DNA of 64,000 nt from Octopus sinensis (GCF_006345805.1 NC_043010.1:23684001-23748000), one strand, 5' to 3'; shown: positions 11,881 to 26,157, counted from the stretch's first letter. Notes: generated from the sequence alone by a model not told the origin. Program-made: numbers and translations.

Positions 11881-13246
11881 ACCTATCTAACTTTAATTTG
11901 TCCAACCGTCTTTGACGGTGACAAAGGGCGGGGAAGAAGGTAGGGTGAAGTGGATATATCGATAGCCAGAAAAAAGGAAACAGGGTGTTTCTAGAGAAGA
12001 GCTTAATATGGTGACAGTAGGAGGAAATATTGATAGAAATAAAAACATCTGAATGAGCACGACTGAGGAGTGATGAGTAGAAAAGATAGAAAATGCACAA
12101 AACTTGGAGGGATGAATATAGATACATAAATAGATAGAGACTAGGGAGTTAGTAAGTATGAGGGCCATAAAGAAAGAGGGAGAAGATGGGGGGGAGACAG
12201 AAAGACAAATGGAAAGGCTGTGAATAGATCGAGCTCAAAATGACAGATAGGAATGGTGAGATGGGGAGGGAGTGATAATGTGCATATGACAGAAGATGGA
12301 GAGTAAACACAGGAAAAGAGCTGGAGGGAGAGAAAGGATGAGAGCGGAAAAACAAGAGAAAGAGAGTGAGAGGGAGAATGAGAGAGGCTGAGTAGAAAGA
12401 TAATGTATTCTAGTAATAGGTAGATTATCTCCCTGAATTACATCACAATGTTTTAAAATCACACATATGTAATTCTGTATGCAGCATTGCTGAAAGAAAA
12501 ATCGATGGCATGGTCACGGATGGAATATTTGTTATCATTGATGCCTGCTCGATCATGGTTGGCTTAGAGCAAAACAACAACGCGCACTGAAGCTCAAATA
12601 ATATTTTTTTACTTCTTTTCAGCGGGAAAATAGAAATGAAAATAGATAAAAAATAAATAGATATTTTAAAAAAAACAAAAAAAAATCTGAACAATTCTCT
12701 GGGATGTAGAAAACGTCAGAAAATAATTAAGGTATTTTTTGACTAGAAGGAAGAAACTCCTTTTAAACAATTATGTTTATGGCTGAAGGCAAAATTTTTA
12801 TAATTGAAGCGCGTCCGGTAAAGAAAGGAAAGTTTTAATTCTGTGATAATAAAGATAACGCCGACGGCACCCATTCAGTGGAGTAACAACTTTATCAGGG
12901 CTGAATTTTCTCAGAAATCTGTTTTACCTGAGGCAATTTTGCATCGACTGGCATTGAAAATAAGCTTTATTTTCTCTTGAATTTTATTAGCAGACACATA
13001 CTCAGTTATCACGTATTTAAGTAACAGTTGATACCGAGAACCAGAGAGGCAGAAAAAACCAACGTATTTATCATTCTGACTATCACACACACACACACGC
13101 ATTCCTTTTTTGAAACTCTCTTGCTTTTAAAAACCTTGATTCGACTACCTCTCAACTTCTGTTCTTTCAACATGTGATCTCTTGAGCACCACCAGCTCAA
13201 ATATTTTTTCCTCTGTCTTCCCTTCTTGGGATCTTTCCTTCTCCTT

Positions 13247-13281
13247 GTTTCCGACGAAGAGCTCCGCTCGAAACGTTAAAC
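13247..13281 (+). ncRNA. Minimal type I hammerhead ribozyme motif in a probable Penelope-like terminal repeat
   Basis: GTTT-CCGACGA-A-GAGC tcc GCTC-GAAA-CG-TT-AAAC: stem I GTTT/AAAC, stem II GAGC/GCTC, palindromic AACGTT stem III. Confidence 0.65.
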
Positions 13282-13404
13282 CCTCCTTCCCTTCTTTCCT
13301 GAGCGTCACTAATACTTTAATTGTTCCACGTTCTGCGTTGCTGTGTTTTTTTCTCTTTTTTTCTGTTTTCTTGTTTGGATTAACTATATATATATATATA
13401 TACA

Positions 13405-13524
13405 CAGGCACAGGGGTGAGGCTGTTGTAAGAAGCTTGCTTCCCAACCACATGGTTCCGTGTTCAGTCCCACTGTGTGGTATCTTCAGCAAGTGTCTTCT
13501 ACTATAGCCTCAGCCCGACCAAAG

Positions 13525-13530
<6 letters not shown>
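13405..13530 (+). mobile_element. SINE family B, 5' part
   Basis: GCTTCCCAACCACATGGTTCC...CAAGTGTCTTCTACTATAGCC. Confidence 0.75.
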
Positions 13531-13556
<26 letters not shown>

Positions 13557-13559
13557 CCC

Positions 13560-13595
<36 letters not shown>

Positions 13596-13598
13596 AAC

Positions 13599-13632
<34 letters not shown>

Positions 13633-14651
13633 ATATATGAATTCCAGGGTAGAAAAAATTTATAAAATTTCTTTGCTACCAGTAGTCGAGCGAGAAGAAA
13701 AACTAGTCAATAGACTATATATTATTATTCATATAAAAATACAGTAAATTGTTTTATTTGCTGAAACCATGGTACAGGAAATAGAAGGTAAATATTTTTA
13801 TTTTTCATTCCCTGTCGAAACTACCCCTAATAGTGGTTTGGAGTTTAACTACTACTTCTAGCGAGTCAGATGTCCTGCTGTGTCTATCTCTTATGTGTTT
13901 AAATATACACTGTATTTATATATATATATATATATATATATAATTGTGAATTTCTCCGTAACATCCCGTTTCTGGACCTTCCTTAACAAAATCGACGGAA
14001 TCCACTTCTCGCGTCACGTTATTGCAATAACTGGTTAATGTTACTTCGTCTTTGTATTTTGCTTGACCAACACACGAAGCAAATGGTTGATATATTAGTT
14101 GGTTAGATAGTTAAATATCTGACTATCAATAAAGAAGTGATATACAACCAGTGCGTGAATTGATTATTATTGGCATACCGACCCACCCCAAATAAAATAA
14201 AATGGTTAATGTTACATTTCTGGCAATGCTGTATGTGTATTTATTTTTCAAAACTTTTTTTTTTCATATTCTATCAAATACTTTACGTCCATATAGTAAC
14301 ATTTATAATTTGAATTATTCTTCCTCAAACTGCAATCAATGTCGTGTCTATGCTGTTTTCTTAAATGTCTACTTTCGTACAGTTTTACTAATTTGTAGAC
14401 CTTGTATAAATATCTGCCCCCATCGTTCATATCGATGAATAATTAAATTTAACTTTTAGCGAAATAGTAAAATTAGATAATTTTAATATAATTACAAATG
14501 TGTGAAATTTTAGTGAGTGCCAAAGAAGGCAGATTTAATATGGGATAAGAGCTCAGAAGCAATTACTGCTCGAAGCCGTATTATATCACATATTTCTTCA
14601 ATGCTCTTAGGAGAAAACTAAACATTATTACCGTTCGAATTTCCATCTTTA

Positions 14652-15060
<409 letters not shown>

Positions 15061-15063
15061 AAG

Positions 15064-16038
15064 AGAAAAGTTAAGTTTGTAAAAGTTTTTAATTCTCATC
15101 TCACTAAATTTATCCAGCTATTGTGTATCTAGTACACTCTTCGCCTTGAATGTAATGATATATGTATAATATATGGCGTGTACTGGTACACCGGCGATTA
15201 TAATTAATTTTATTGTATCGCATTTATCTTTGTTTACATATTCTCTCGATAAATTTCTGACCGTTAGACGATATACCACAATCCCCTATTTTGTCGGGTT
15301 TGTTCGGAGTCTGCGCAGTGTTTTGAATAGTTTAGAAAGAGCATTTCGATAGACGCACATGATCTATTGGTATGGTCTTTCCATCGTTAACAGGAATCTT
15401 ACTGAAGAGCCAGCCTGAGTAAATAAATACTATTTTTATTACTGAATTTGGCGAAACTGCAGTATAAGAAAAGTTAAGTTTGTAAAAGTTTTTAATTCTC
15501 ATCTCACTAAATTTATCCAGCTATTGTGTATCTAGTACACTCTTCGCCTTGAATGTAATGATATATGTATAATATATGGCGTGTACTGGTACACCGGCGA
15601 TTATAATTAATTTTATTGTATCGCATTTATCTTTGTTTACATATTCTCTCGATAAATTTCTGACCGTTAGACGATATACCACAATCCCCTATTTTGTCGG
15701 GTTTGTTCGGAGTCTGCGCAGTGTTTTGAATAGTTTAGAAAGAGCATTTCGATAGACGCACATGGATCTATTGGTATGGTCTTTCCATCGTTAACAGGAA
15801 TCTTACTGAAGAGCCAGCCTGAGTAAATAAATACTATTTTTATTACTGAATTTGGCGAAACTGCAGTATAAGAAAAGTTAAGTTTGTAAAAGTTTTTAAT
15901 TCTCATCTCACTAAATTTATCCAGCTATTGTGTATCTAGTACACTCTTCGCCTTGAATGTAATGATATATGTATAATATATGGCGTGTACTGGTACACCG
16001 GCGATTATAATTAATTTTATTGTATCGCATTTATCTTT

Positions 16039-16043
<5 letters not shown>
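15064..16043. repeat. Tandem repeat, ~403-404 bp unit, about 2.4 copies
   Basis: AGAAAAGTTAAGTTTGTAAAAG recurs at 15064, 15467 and 15871; copies are near-identical. Confidence 0.92.
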
Positions 16044-16085
<42 letters not shown>

Positions 16086-16180
16086 ATCAATATAGGGAGG
16101 CAAAAAAATTTTGTAGAATTCTTTTGCCCCCAGCGGCCTAGTGGGAAAAAATTAAATAGTCATAAACCATTTTTAAGTTC

Positions 16181-16617
16181 AATATCACAATCAAGGAACG
16201 GCCATAATAGGCCATTCACCCACTAGAAATAACAGCCAAAAAGCTTCAACCGCAATCGGCGGCTTATATTTATTTGCTGCCGATAAATTTGGCGCGAGTG
16301 CGACGATTTGAAAATTTTAGGTCAGATATTGGCGAGGCATGGACGTGAATGCCTCGTGAAAAATATCTGTTCCGATTTGGCTATTCCTTACTGATGAATC
16401 TAAGGGCCTATGGTAGATTGGCTTGATTTAATTTAATCAGGTCAGTTTACCATTAAACAGTAGACGAAACGGTGCATCGTATAAGGAATTTCAGGGTAAA
16501 TGTTTTTTTAATTTTCTCCTGGTTTACAGAATTAATGTTATTTTGCGGTTGAAGCTTTTTGGCTGTTATTTCTAGTGGGTGAATGGCCTATTATGGCCGT
16601 TCCTTGATTGTGATATT
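16181..16617 (+). mobile_element. 437-bp element with perfect 75-bp terminal inverted repeats and an internal hammerhead
   Basis: 16181-16255 is the exact reverse complement of 16543-16617. Confidence 0.8.
16383..16489 (+). ncRNA. Type I hammerhead ribozyme fold with extended stem II
   Basis: ATTCCTTA-CTGATGA-ATCTA...TAGAC-GAAA-CGGTGCATCG-TA-TAAGGAAT; 8-bp stem I; GUA cleavage triplet. Confidence 0.75.
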
Positions 16618-17280
16618 ATATATATATATATATATACATATATATAAATACACACATATATATATACATATATATATATATACACACACATGTATAGGTC
16701 TCTGCGTTCTCTGTGAATGTTATTGTGACCATTTGACTTTGACCTAGTTCTCCCAACGCTGAATCTGTTCATCAAATAGTAGTAATTGGCATTTAGTTGT
16801 GATAATGCTGTCTTCTACATAAATTCCTTATATGGAGCTATGGTATCTCCTTTACGCCATTTCTATGATTAGAAAATCTTTATTGTCTCTTTTCATTTGT
16901 TCTTCCCTCTCAGAACCTTACAGTAGTCTGGAACAACTGAATCTTAGTCAGTCAGTTGATGGGCTCCACTTCCTCAAATGTTCTTCAAATTTAAATCCAC
17001 ATCTTTGTCTATGTATCTACCTTCTCTATAATGTTGCCACTTGATATGAAAATTTTTGCATTAATGGAAAACCTCTATAATTGGCTGATGAGTGCTCAGC
17101 GTTTAAAAACTGTTGTAATACTTACAACAATTAATAAAATGGTGTAGTACGAAACGATCGTACCAAATTACCGGAGTCATTCTTGTTGCTTATTTTGATT
17201 ATAATCACCCCACGGATTTTTATGGACAACACCATACAGAATTCTGGTGCTTCTAATTAAGTACCATATTCATTTGAATC

Positions 17281-17284
17281 TATC

Positions 17285-17357
<73 letters not shown>

Positions 17358-17367
17358 ATATATTATT

Positions 17368-17416
<49 letters not shown>

Positions 17417-17513
17417 ATATATATGTACACACAAGGGCTGATCAGTTTCATGAGAAACACTACATTCGGACATACTGAACTGTACTTACTAAAGCCAATT
17501 TGCTTATAGATTA

Positions 17514-17585
<72 letters not shown>

Positions 17586-17640
17586 ACACAGGCGAGGGCC
17601 TCACACACAGACATAGTCACACACACACAAGTGCACAAGT
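17281..17640. repeat. (TA)n and (CA)n microsatellites
   Basis: Direct reading. Confidence 0.9.
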
Positions 17641-17936
17641 AGTTTTATATTTATGTGACTGTATATGCGTCCTGAAATGAAGGTGACCTTTTGCACTTTT
17701 ATTTTAGGCATTCCTCTATGTGTATGAGAAAGCGTACTTATATCTACGACTTCCTTTTCTGACAGGCATTGCTTATCTGTTCCTCTGTATGTGTTTATAT
17801 GTAACATGTTTGCATATCAATTTATTAAATACTGGTAGCTAAACATTCCAGTCCTTTAAAATTCTGTTCATTAAAAATGAGGAATATTCCATGCAACTAA
17901 ACTGAAAGAACTCTATTTGTTACTACATTCGTACGT

Positions 17937-17988
<52 letters not shown>

Positions 17989-18486
17989 TGTGTGTGTGTG
18001 CGTGTGTGTGCGTGCGTGTGCGTGCACACACGTATGTTTAGCCTTAGGCAAACGCTAAATCGTTTTTGATTATCGGCTGCTAAACCGCACTTGTTTTTCT
18101 TTGGAATATTCACTGCCTGAATATTTATCAAAAAATAATTCATTAAAGAATGCTTTGCACTTAGCATTGAGTCTTGTCAGAACAACCGAACTTACTCCCG
18201 GCTCCTGTGAAATTCTCCAATTCTATAAAGTAGCAGTTGTCCTGGCATAACCATTGTTCAAGTTTGACTACGTAGCTGCATACATAGCCTCTGAGGACAT
18301 TGACGTGTTCATTATTATTGTTATTGTTTTAACCTCCACCCCACAAGACAACCCGTCACGAACAGAACTAAAAGTTATGAGTCCAACTGTGGCCATCATG
18401 TCACATTTTCAAATAGAATGAACCCCGGATGCATAAAGCAATATATCTTTGCTCTTTTGAAATGTTTTTTTTTTCAAAATACAGTA

Positions 18487-18851
18487 CAGTCATACCTCGC
18501 AGTACGAGTTTAATTTGTTCCATGACCGATCTCGTCTTACGATTTACTCGTTTTATAAATCAATTTTTCCCTATTGAAATAAACTAAAATATAATTAATC
18601 CGTTCCGGCTCCCAAAAACTACTCAAAAATAATTTTTTATGGGTTTTGAAACAGGAAGGGTGTAGTTACAAGTAAAATGATAATTATGAAAATGAGGATG
18701 CAAAAGAAATATATAAACCTAAAAGATGGGACGATTTGTTTGCTCGTACTGCGGACTTCCGCTCGTACTTCAAAACATAAATTCGCACGTTTCTTGGCTC
18801 GTAAAACAAATTACTCGTACAATGGGGCACTCGTACTGCGAAGTTTTACTG
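18487..18851. mobile_element. Tc1/mariner-superfamily (pogo/Tigger-like) MITE
   Basis: TA|CAGTCATACCTCGCAGTACGAGT ... ACTCGTACTGCGAAGTTTTACTG|TA: TIRs with TA duplication. Confidence 0.8.
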
Positions 18852-19797
18852 TATAGTGTGAATTTATGAAATTTTACCTGTTATTTGTATTAGATGAAAT
18901 GACCATACAGATGCTCCGCTGTTTTCTTCAAAAGTCAGACGTTGTTGAAAGCAGAATTGGAGTTAAATAATAGACAAATATTTTCATTTTATTTTGTTTT
19001 GTTTTTGGTTCTCTATTTAGTTGGGAGAAAATACAGCGTCCTTGACCTTCATAGGGACTCTGAGTCTACTGGGAAGTAATTCGATATCGTAAATCGATTG
19101 ACATAACTTGACTGACTGCTTGCAAGTGAGGAGATCCCGCAAAGGGTACATGAAGTGTCAGATGGTGCTGCTAAACCCTTCACTCACGGATAAAAAAGTA
19201 AAACTATTTAAACAATTTTTATTTCAAATTTATACCAAAGTAAGGTAAATACCACATATCGAATATACTTTTAAAGAATTCCATATTCAATAGGCTTGAT
19301 TTTAGGCATGGATAAGTAAAAAAAATTCCAATCTACTTACATCTGAGAGATTTACGAGAAGAAGCAGCCATCTTCTATGACTTGTGAGCAATCACTGAGT
19401 CAGAGTCACGTGGTTTTGGTTATATACGCGTGTTAGAAGTGTCCAATGAATTGGTAGCTGTGACCCCGCTTAATTATAATTTATATATATTTTTTTTTGT
19501 AATTTAAGCTGAAAAATTGTCCATTACATTAGATAAAGTGACCGAAGGTGTTAAAGTGGGTGACGGAATATGTCTACCAGGTAGGTCATGGTGAGATTTG
19601 AACACAAAAGGCAAAAAATCGGAACAAATAATGCAAAGCATCCACTCTGATATTCTCAAAACCCAGCCGATACTCTGTCCTGGATCGGTGAATTTTTACC
19701 GAATGTGAAATGGTGACATTCAGAGTTGAGATCGGTAAGATTTGAACTCAGATCACCGAGTGTCAGAATACATAGAGCACACTTTTCTATCCATAGA

Positions 19798-19828
<31 letters not shown>

Positions 19829-19829
19829 T

Positions 19830-19965
19830 TATGCATGTACTTATTCTTTGTAAGCCTAGTAATTATTCTATCGGTTTTCTTTTGCCGAACCGCTAAGTTA
19901 TAGGGACATAAACACGGCAACATCGGTTGTGAAGCGATGATGAGGGAACAAACATAGATACACAA

Positions 19966-20033
<68 letters not shown>

Positions 20034-20210
20034 GTATATATGTATGTATACGGCGGGCTCCTTTCAGTTTCCATCTACCAAATCCACTCACAAGGCTTTG
20101 GTCGACGCCCGAAGCTATAGTAGAAGTCACTTAACGAAGGTTCCACGCAAGTGGGACTGAACCTGGAACCATGTGGTTGGGAATTAAGCTTCTTATCACA
20201 CAGCCACACC
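19830..20210 (-). mobile_element. SINE family B with internal (TA)n
   Basis: Reverse complement of the family B head and tail. Confidence 0.8.
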
Positions 20211-20228
20211 TCTGTGTTTGTGTGTGCG

Positions 20229-20267
<39 letters not shown>

Positions 20268-20279
20268 GTGTGTGTGTGT

Positions 20280-20351
<72 letters not shown>

Positions 20352-20870
20352 AACGTTGAATACAGTAAAGAAACCATTGGATGTATTAAATTCAAGGACG
20401 GTTATTTTTCTCAAATTTTAGAAAATCTTATTTTATGTTCCTTCGCACTTTTCCCTCCCGAGGTCAATTATTTCCCCCGTTTCCCCATATTCTTTCCCTA
20501 ATAATACATCTCTGCAAACAATTTGCCTTTCGTTTTTTCTTATTCTTTTTCTTTTTACGAAAAAGTTCTCAATTTTTCCTTTAAAACCATCAAGAAATTG
20601 GGAAATAACCACACCGCTAATATCTATCTATCTTGCTTGTCTCTGGCATGATTTCATGCCAGCAATCGATATATTGCAGCGATTGTCTTAGATTTATACC
20701 TTTTCGGTTCAGCCAACTGTAAAATTTCTGGCTGGATGTTTGAATAACTAGCAGAAAATTACACCAGACAGTAATTTCTCCTTGGAATCGCATCCACTTT
20801 ATCAATCGAAGCAAAATGGACAATATAAAATAAATTCGCGCATAGACTTACACAAACACACCGAAAAGAA

Positions 20871-20914
<44 letters not shown>

Positions 20915-22334
20915 AGTGTATATATATATATATATATGTGTGTGTATGTATGTATGTATGTATGTATGTATGTATGTATGTATGTATGTATGCAAGTATG
21001 TATGTATATTACCCATGTCAACATGTTGCGGTAATTTATTACCGAGGATCATTTCTTGACTGTTACTTTTTATTAACCCGAACCAGTAGAGTCTAGACGA
21101 AGCGGGTTGGGTACGATGATGAACACAGTCATCATTGTAAGAGGGAGGGTGATATAAAAGTGTTGAAATATCACTTTGGTTCTGATATAATCATCACATA
21201 AATTTTAAACAAACCACTACACACGGTGATGTAAAATAAAGATATACAACTACAAGATAATTTCGATAAACATCTGATCACACAAAGTTTTTCGTTGCTC
21301 TACGAACACGATAGGTTTAGTTTCAAATCGCACCATCTGAAATTTGTACTTAAATTTTCCAGCTAGAAGTAAAAGGAAAGTTATTGAGGAGGTGGATTAT
21401 CTTCAGTGTCAAATATAATCATATCTTAGACGTCACCTGCAAGCGAGCATATACGCGTATCACGCTTCGTATTTTGTTTTAGATGTCATGTAAGGAGCAA
21501 ACGTATATAGAAACCTTCCTGAACCACCTACTCTTATTCAAATCCTTATTCAGAGAGGGAAAGAGAGAGAGGGGAGGAGGAGGAAGGAGAGCAAGTTTCG
21601 TACCAGCAGTTGAATGGTACCAGTTTACAGCTGAGTAAACTGGAGCATCGTAAAATGATGATCTCGAACTCCTTCCACACTGTCCGGTCCTGGAGTAGAG
21701 GCTGCACTCTAACAGTTGTGAGCTTAAATCCATAACAATTTGGCCACGTACCTATAAACGTAAAGAGTGAAGTTTAATATTTCATATCTCAATGGTGGTT
21801 GTTGTTTAGGGATTGGTCACGTGCTACTAAAATTGATTATGACCAAAGGAGTTCCTGCATTGTCTATCATGGTCTACTCTCGGGAATTGTGTCTAATTTC
21901 TTTCAAACGATTTGGTGTAAAATTATTTATTTATGTATTCATTTATATATTTATTTCGTGGGACAGGAAGACAGAGTTTGGCTGCCATTTTTATCAGATA
22001 GGTTAAAAGATCAATTTGAGTATTCCTTTTCGGATCATTATTTTTTCTTATTTCAACCAGAGGTAGTGACAATGCTGTTGTTCTGTCATTCGGGATTCAA
22101 AGAGAAACCTCAACCTGACATTTTACTGTTATAAGTTCATAGGGTACCATTAAAGCACAAAAAGTACCTCCTAAATTAGTGATTCTGTAATCAATACTCT
22201 ACAGCCGATCACATCGTCTACTCCATACGCCTAGAAGCATTTCATCTCATTACTGCTAGTCAACAAAGTTATTATAATTCGGATGGACTGCACATACAGC
22301 AGTGAGTCTTCTCAATGTATAATATTTCACAAAG

Positions 22335-22790
22335 GGCCGGCGAGCTGCCAGAATCGTTACAACGCCGGAAAAATTGCTTAACGGCATTTCTTCCGAGCTG
22401 GCGAGCTGGCAGAAGCGTTAGCGCATCGGTCGAAATGCTTAGCGATATTTCGTCTGCCGCTACGTTCTGAGTTCAAATTCCGCCGAGGTCGACTTTGCCT
22501 TTCATCCTTTAGGGGTCGATTAAATAAGTACCAGTTACGCACTGGGGTCGATGTAATCGACTTAATCCCGTTGTCTGTCCTTGTTTGTCCACTCTGTGTT
22601 TAGCTCCTTGTGGGTAGTAAAGAAATAGCCATTTCTTCCGACTTTACGTTCTGAGTTCAAATACAATTGAGGTCAACTTTGCTTTTCATCTTTTTCGCGG
22701 TCGATAAAAATGTACGAGTTGAACACAGGAGTCGATTTAATTGACTTTCCTCTCTCTCAAACTGCTGGCCTTTTGCCGAAATTTGAAGCC
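22335..22790 (+). mobile_element. Tandem SINE family A copies
   Basis: Repeated GGCGAGCTGGCAGAA heads and GACTTTGCCTTTCATCC bodies. Confidence 0.8.
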
Positions 22791-25254
22791 AATAATATTA
22801 CTTTGTAGCTAAGTGGACTGATCCAGTACACGGGATCTTTGATAAATCGTAGTTTAAACCTTAGTGAAACCCTAGTTGTGTACACATATGGAAAATGTAT
22901 TTTGATGATTATCCTCTCACCGGTTAGCGGTCATGTAAGACAACATTCATATGTCTTTTCCTTCTTTAAAACTGCAGTGTGTATGACTTGAGCCATCACT
23001 CAGTTACTCTATCAGTGACTCGTCGATTACCAGTTTGTTGATGCAGCCAACCAAGTCTTGTTGAAGATGAGGATGTAGCAAATTATTTCTTTTTGACATG
23101 ACGCAAAGTTCAACATTAACATGGAAAAAAATGTTCCTTATATGTAAATAATGAGAGGAAGGACAGCGATAATAATATTTCCAGGCCTATAAGCTAGGCA
23201 AGTAAGGCCGAGCGTAAGCTTCTATAGCTCAATACTAACATGGTCGCCAATGATATCATCAGACAGTAGGACGCATGCATTTCTGTGTCGTAAGGCTTCG
23301 TCAGGTATAAAAACAGTATCACTCATTCACAACCCTCTAAAAACAGTCGTTGTATATACGAATTGCAAATATCACTTTTGCGAAAGGGCATAAAACACGG
23401 TCAAGCTAGAATTAGGCAACCAGGAGGCGCACGAAGCAGCGTGGAATAAAATTTAGGCGTGTACAATCATATATAACAAGTTCGTTGGGAAAACGAACTA
23501 CGATCGTAACTCTCAATCTAAAATGACAAGTTAGATTGTGACAGACTTTCAGTTGTCGCTTTAGCTGAATGTGCAGATTTGAGCAAATCTAGACTTCCTA
23601 ATCCCTATTACTGACGCAGTGGAACATCCAGAATATCACTGGGTCACAATCTTATTTATCGACCTGAAAATATTGAAAGGTGGGATATAAACTTAGAGTA
23701 CAGGGAACCAGAACCAATATTAGAACGCATTTCATCCGATGTTATCAACTCTACCAATCGACTATTTTAAAGGAATGAGCTCCACTATATTTACGGAGTT
23801 ACTGAGGTATTGAAGCAGCTATGATTATTAGCTTTAGTCCTTAAATCTGAAAGCATTTAAGGAGCAGACACTAGTGTCAAGCTAGACGGCTTGTTAGGCC
23901 TGACACTGATGGCTTTAAATAAAAGAACATGATTTCAACAATGGACTGAATTACTTTGCATTTTAAACATTACCTGAATTTTAGTTTCTGTTATGCAAAG
24001 CTTGAAACTTTTGAAGGATTATTATAAGGAATTGATAAAATGTTGGGATGTTTATGCATTTAATACTGTCATTATGAAGAATATCACTGAAATAAAAATA
24101 AAAAGTAGTATATCTTTACGATTTTACTCAACACGTTTTTGTTCATAATTTCTGTTTAAACTTGTAAAAACTGCTGTGGATCGAACGCTAACCGCTCCAC
24201 CTCTCTAAAACCACCACAACCAATTTTGATGCTTGACCCTAACCCTAACCGTAACCCTAGCCCTATCTTAACCCATCCACGTACGTCACTAATATTTTAC
24301 GAAAAAAGAAAACAGGAATTCTACAACTTTTCATTAACGTTTCGCTAAAAAATGCTGGTTTCTTTTGGTTTAGTTAAATATTATTTTTAGTTTTCTAGTT
24401 AGGTTTTAAGACTTTTTAGTTCTCTAGAGAAATAAACAACCTATATCTAATGGGGAATTACACACGTGCACTTCTACAAATCTCTTCAACTGTTGCTAAG
24501 ATATCGTTTACCCTTTAAAACTTTTTTTTTCTCTCTCTCTTTCTCCATAAACTCTCGCATTTGTATTTAAGATTATGTGAAAATACCAGATCTTGCCATT
24601 TGGAAACGGAAATCTTCCAACCTTCTATTCAACTTCCGTGCATCAAGGATGGGGAAAAAGCATCGATGAAGCATTCACTGAATTAAGCGTATTTTCACCT
24701 GGCTTATCCACTTAACGTTTTCGCTAGCAGAAATTCTCATAACTTAATATTAGTTACATGAGTGCTCTCCCACTTACAACAATACAGTTTCGATTTTCGC
24801 TGGAAGCCGACTGAAATTAACTTATCCCTCCTAATGAACTTGAGAAAATCATATCATTTTCCTCGTTATATCCAAGCTATTGTAATGTATCAAAGAGATA
24901 CCAGTATTCCTCACGAGGAATTCGGATAACACCAGGTTGGGTATTCGGTGAATGATAATTGACTTTAATTACAGCAAAAGTATCCCTAAGAGTGGCAAAA
25001 ATATCGCCGTACATCGTTGTATGTAATGGGCTGACCTATCCCTTACTTTAGGGTGATATATGTATTTCAGTAAGACGGAAACCGATTGTTTCTAGAAAGA
25101 TCTCTTGATAAACAGTTGTAGTTACTAGGTAAAGACAAGCTACTCTATCCCAACTGCTGTTGCGACTATAACTGCACCAATTTATTTCAGCATGTGTCAC
25201 TATTGCTACGCCACTATTATCAATACACGCCATTAAGGCCACGTCGCTATTGCC

Positions 25255-25495
25255 AATATTGTTTGTTGTTGTTTGTTCCTTCTCGTGTCATGCCTGGCTC
25301 ATAGGCTCGGTTTTTCGGTTTCCGTCGCTGGTGAGCTGCAGTGGCGAAAGAGTCAGCAGAAGTTCGCCATTACCTTCTGCGGAGCCGCTTGGAGCTTTGT
25401 TTATAAACACACACATCGCCCAGTCTGAGATTCGAACCCGCCAACCCGCGACCGCGAGTCCACTGCTCTAACCACTAGGCCATGTGCCTCCACAT
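25255..25495 (-). mobile_element. tRNA-derived SINE (distinct family)
   Basis: Minus strand GGCCTAGTGGTTAGAGC (A box) ... GGTTCGAATCTC (B box) followed by a non-tRNA body. Confidence 0.7.
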
Positions 25496-25604
25496 TGCCA
25501 ATATAGACTTCTCAATATAGTCATACCACTCTCCTTATTATAGACCCGTCACGATAGCCACGTCGCTATCAGCAAAGAATACCTATCATTATAATCACGT
25601 CGAG

Positions 25605-25815
25605 GCGGTGTGCAGGCAGAATAGTTACCGCGTCGTACAAATTACTGAGCGGCATTTATTCCGACATTACGTTCTGAGTTCAAATGCTGCGGGGTCGACT
25701 TTGCTTGTCATAATTTCGGGGTTGATAAAATAAGTAACGGTTGAACACAGGGATTAATGGAATCGACTTATCAACTTCCCAGGAATTGCTTGCCTATTGC
25801 CAAAATCTGAGACCA
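25605..25815 (+). mobile_element. Degenerate SINE family A
   Basis: ACGTTCTGAGTTCAAAT...GTCGACTTTGC. Confidence 0.7.
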
Positions 25816-26157
25816 TTATCGTCACGCCGCTCTCGTAAATATGTACGCTTCACTATAGACACGCTGCTGTTGTGAATACAGACCTCTAACTACAATGCAC
25901 AAAGAAATCCCAGGTCAACGAGCGAGCCGTTATATGGTAACTTGAACTGGTAAAAATGGCAGCTAGGTTTTCTTCAGATCACACAACAATTTCTTAAACG
26001 AGACACGCCATACGATATAGTCCAGTTCAAGTATATCTCTAAAATGCGGTGGTCATATTTGGAATGACTTCGATCTTGGGTAGGTTTAATGCTAAACGAC
26101 AGCAACATCGACAACAGCCACAAAAGTCACCACAGAATATTTCACTAAGCATACAGT

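Noticed and set aside
12480-12600. Short open stretch (GMVTDGIFVIIDAC) as exon or transposase
   Set aside because: Too short to assign; no convincing splice sites.
15064-16043. CRISPR-like array
   Set aside because: Whole ~403-bp units repeat with no unique spacers; eukaryotic context.
23264-23310. Minus-strand hammerhead-like CTGACGA...GAAATGCATGCGTC
   Set aside because: Stems I and II do not pair; at best a decayed copy.
24237-24274. True telomere or fusion site
   Set aside because: Only about five degenerate units.
25430-25495. tRNA gene
   Set aside because: A and B boxes present but no acceptor stem or T-run terminator; continues into a SINE body.
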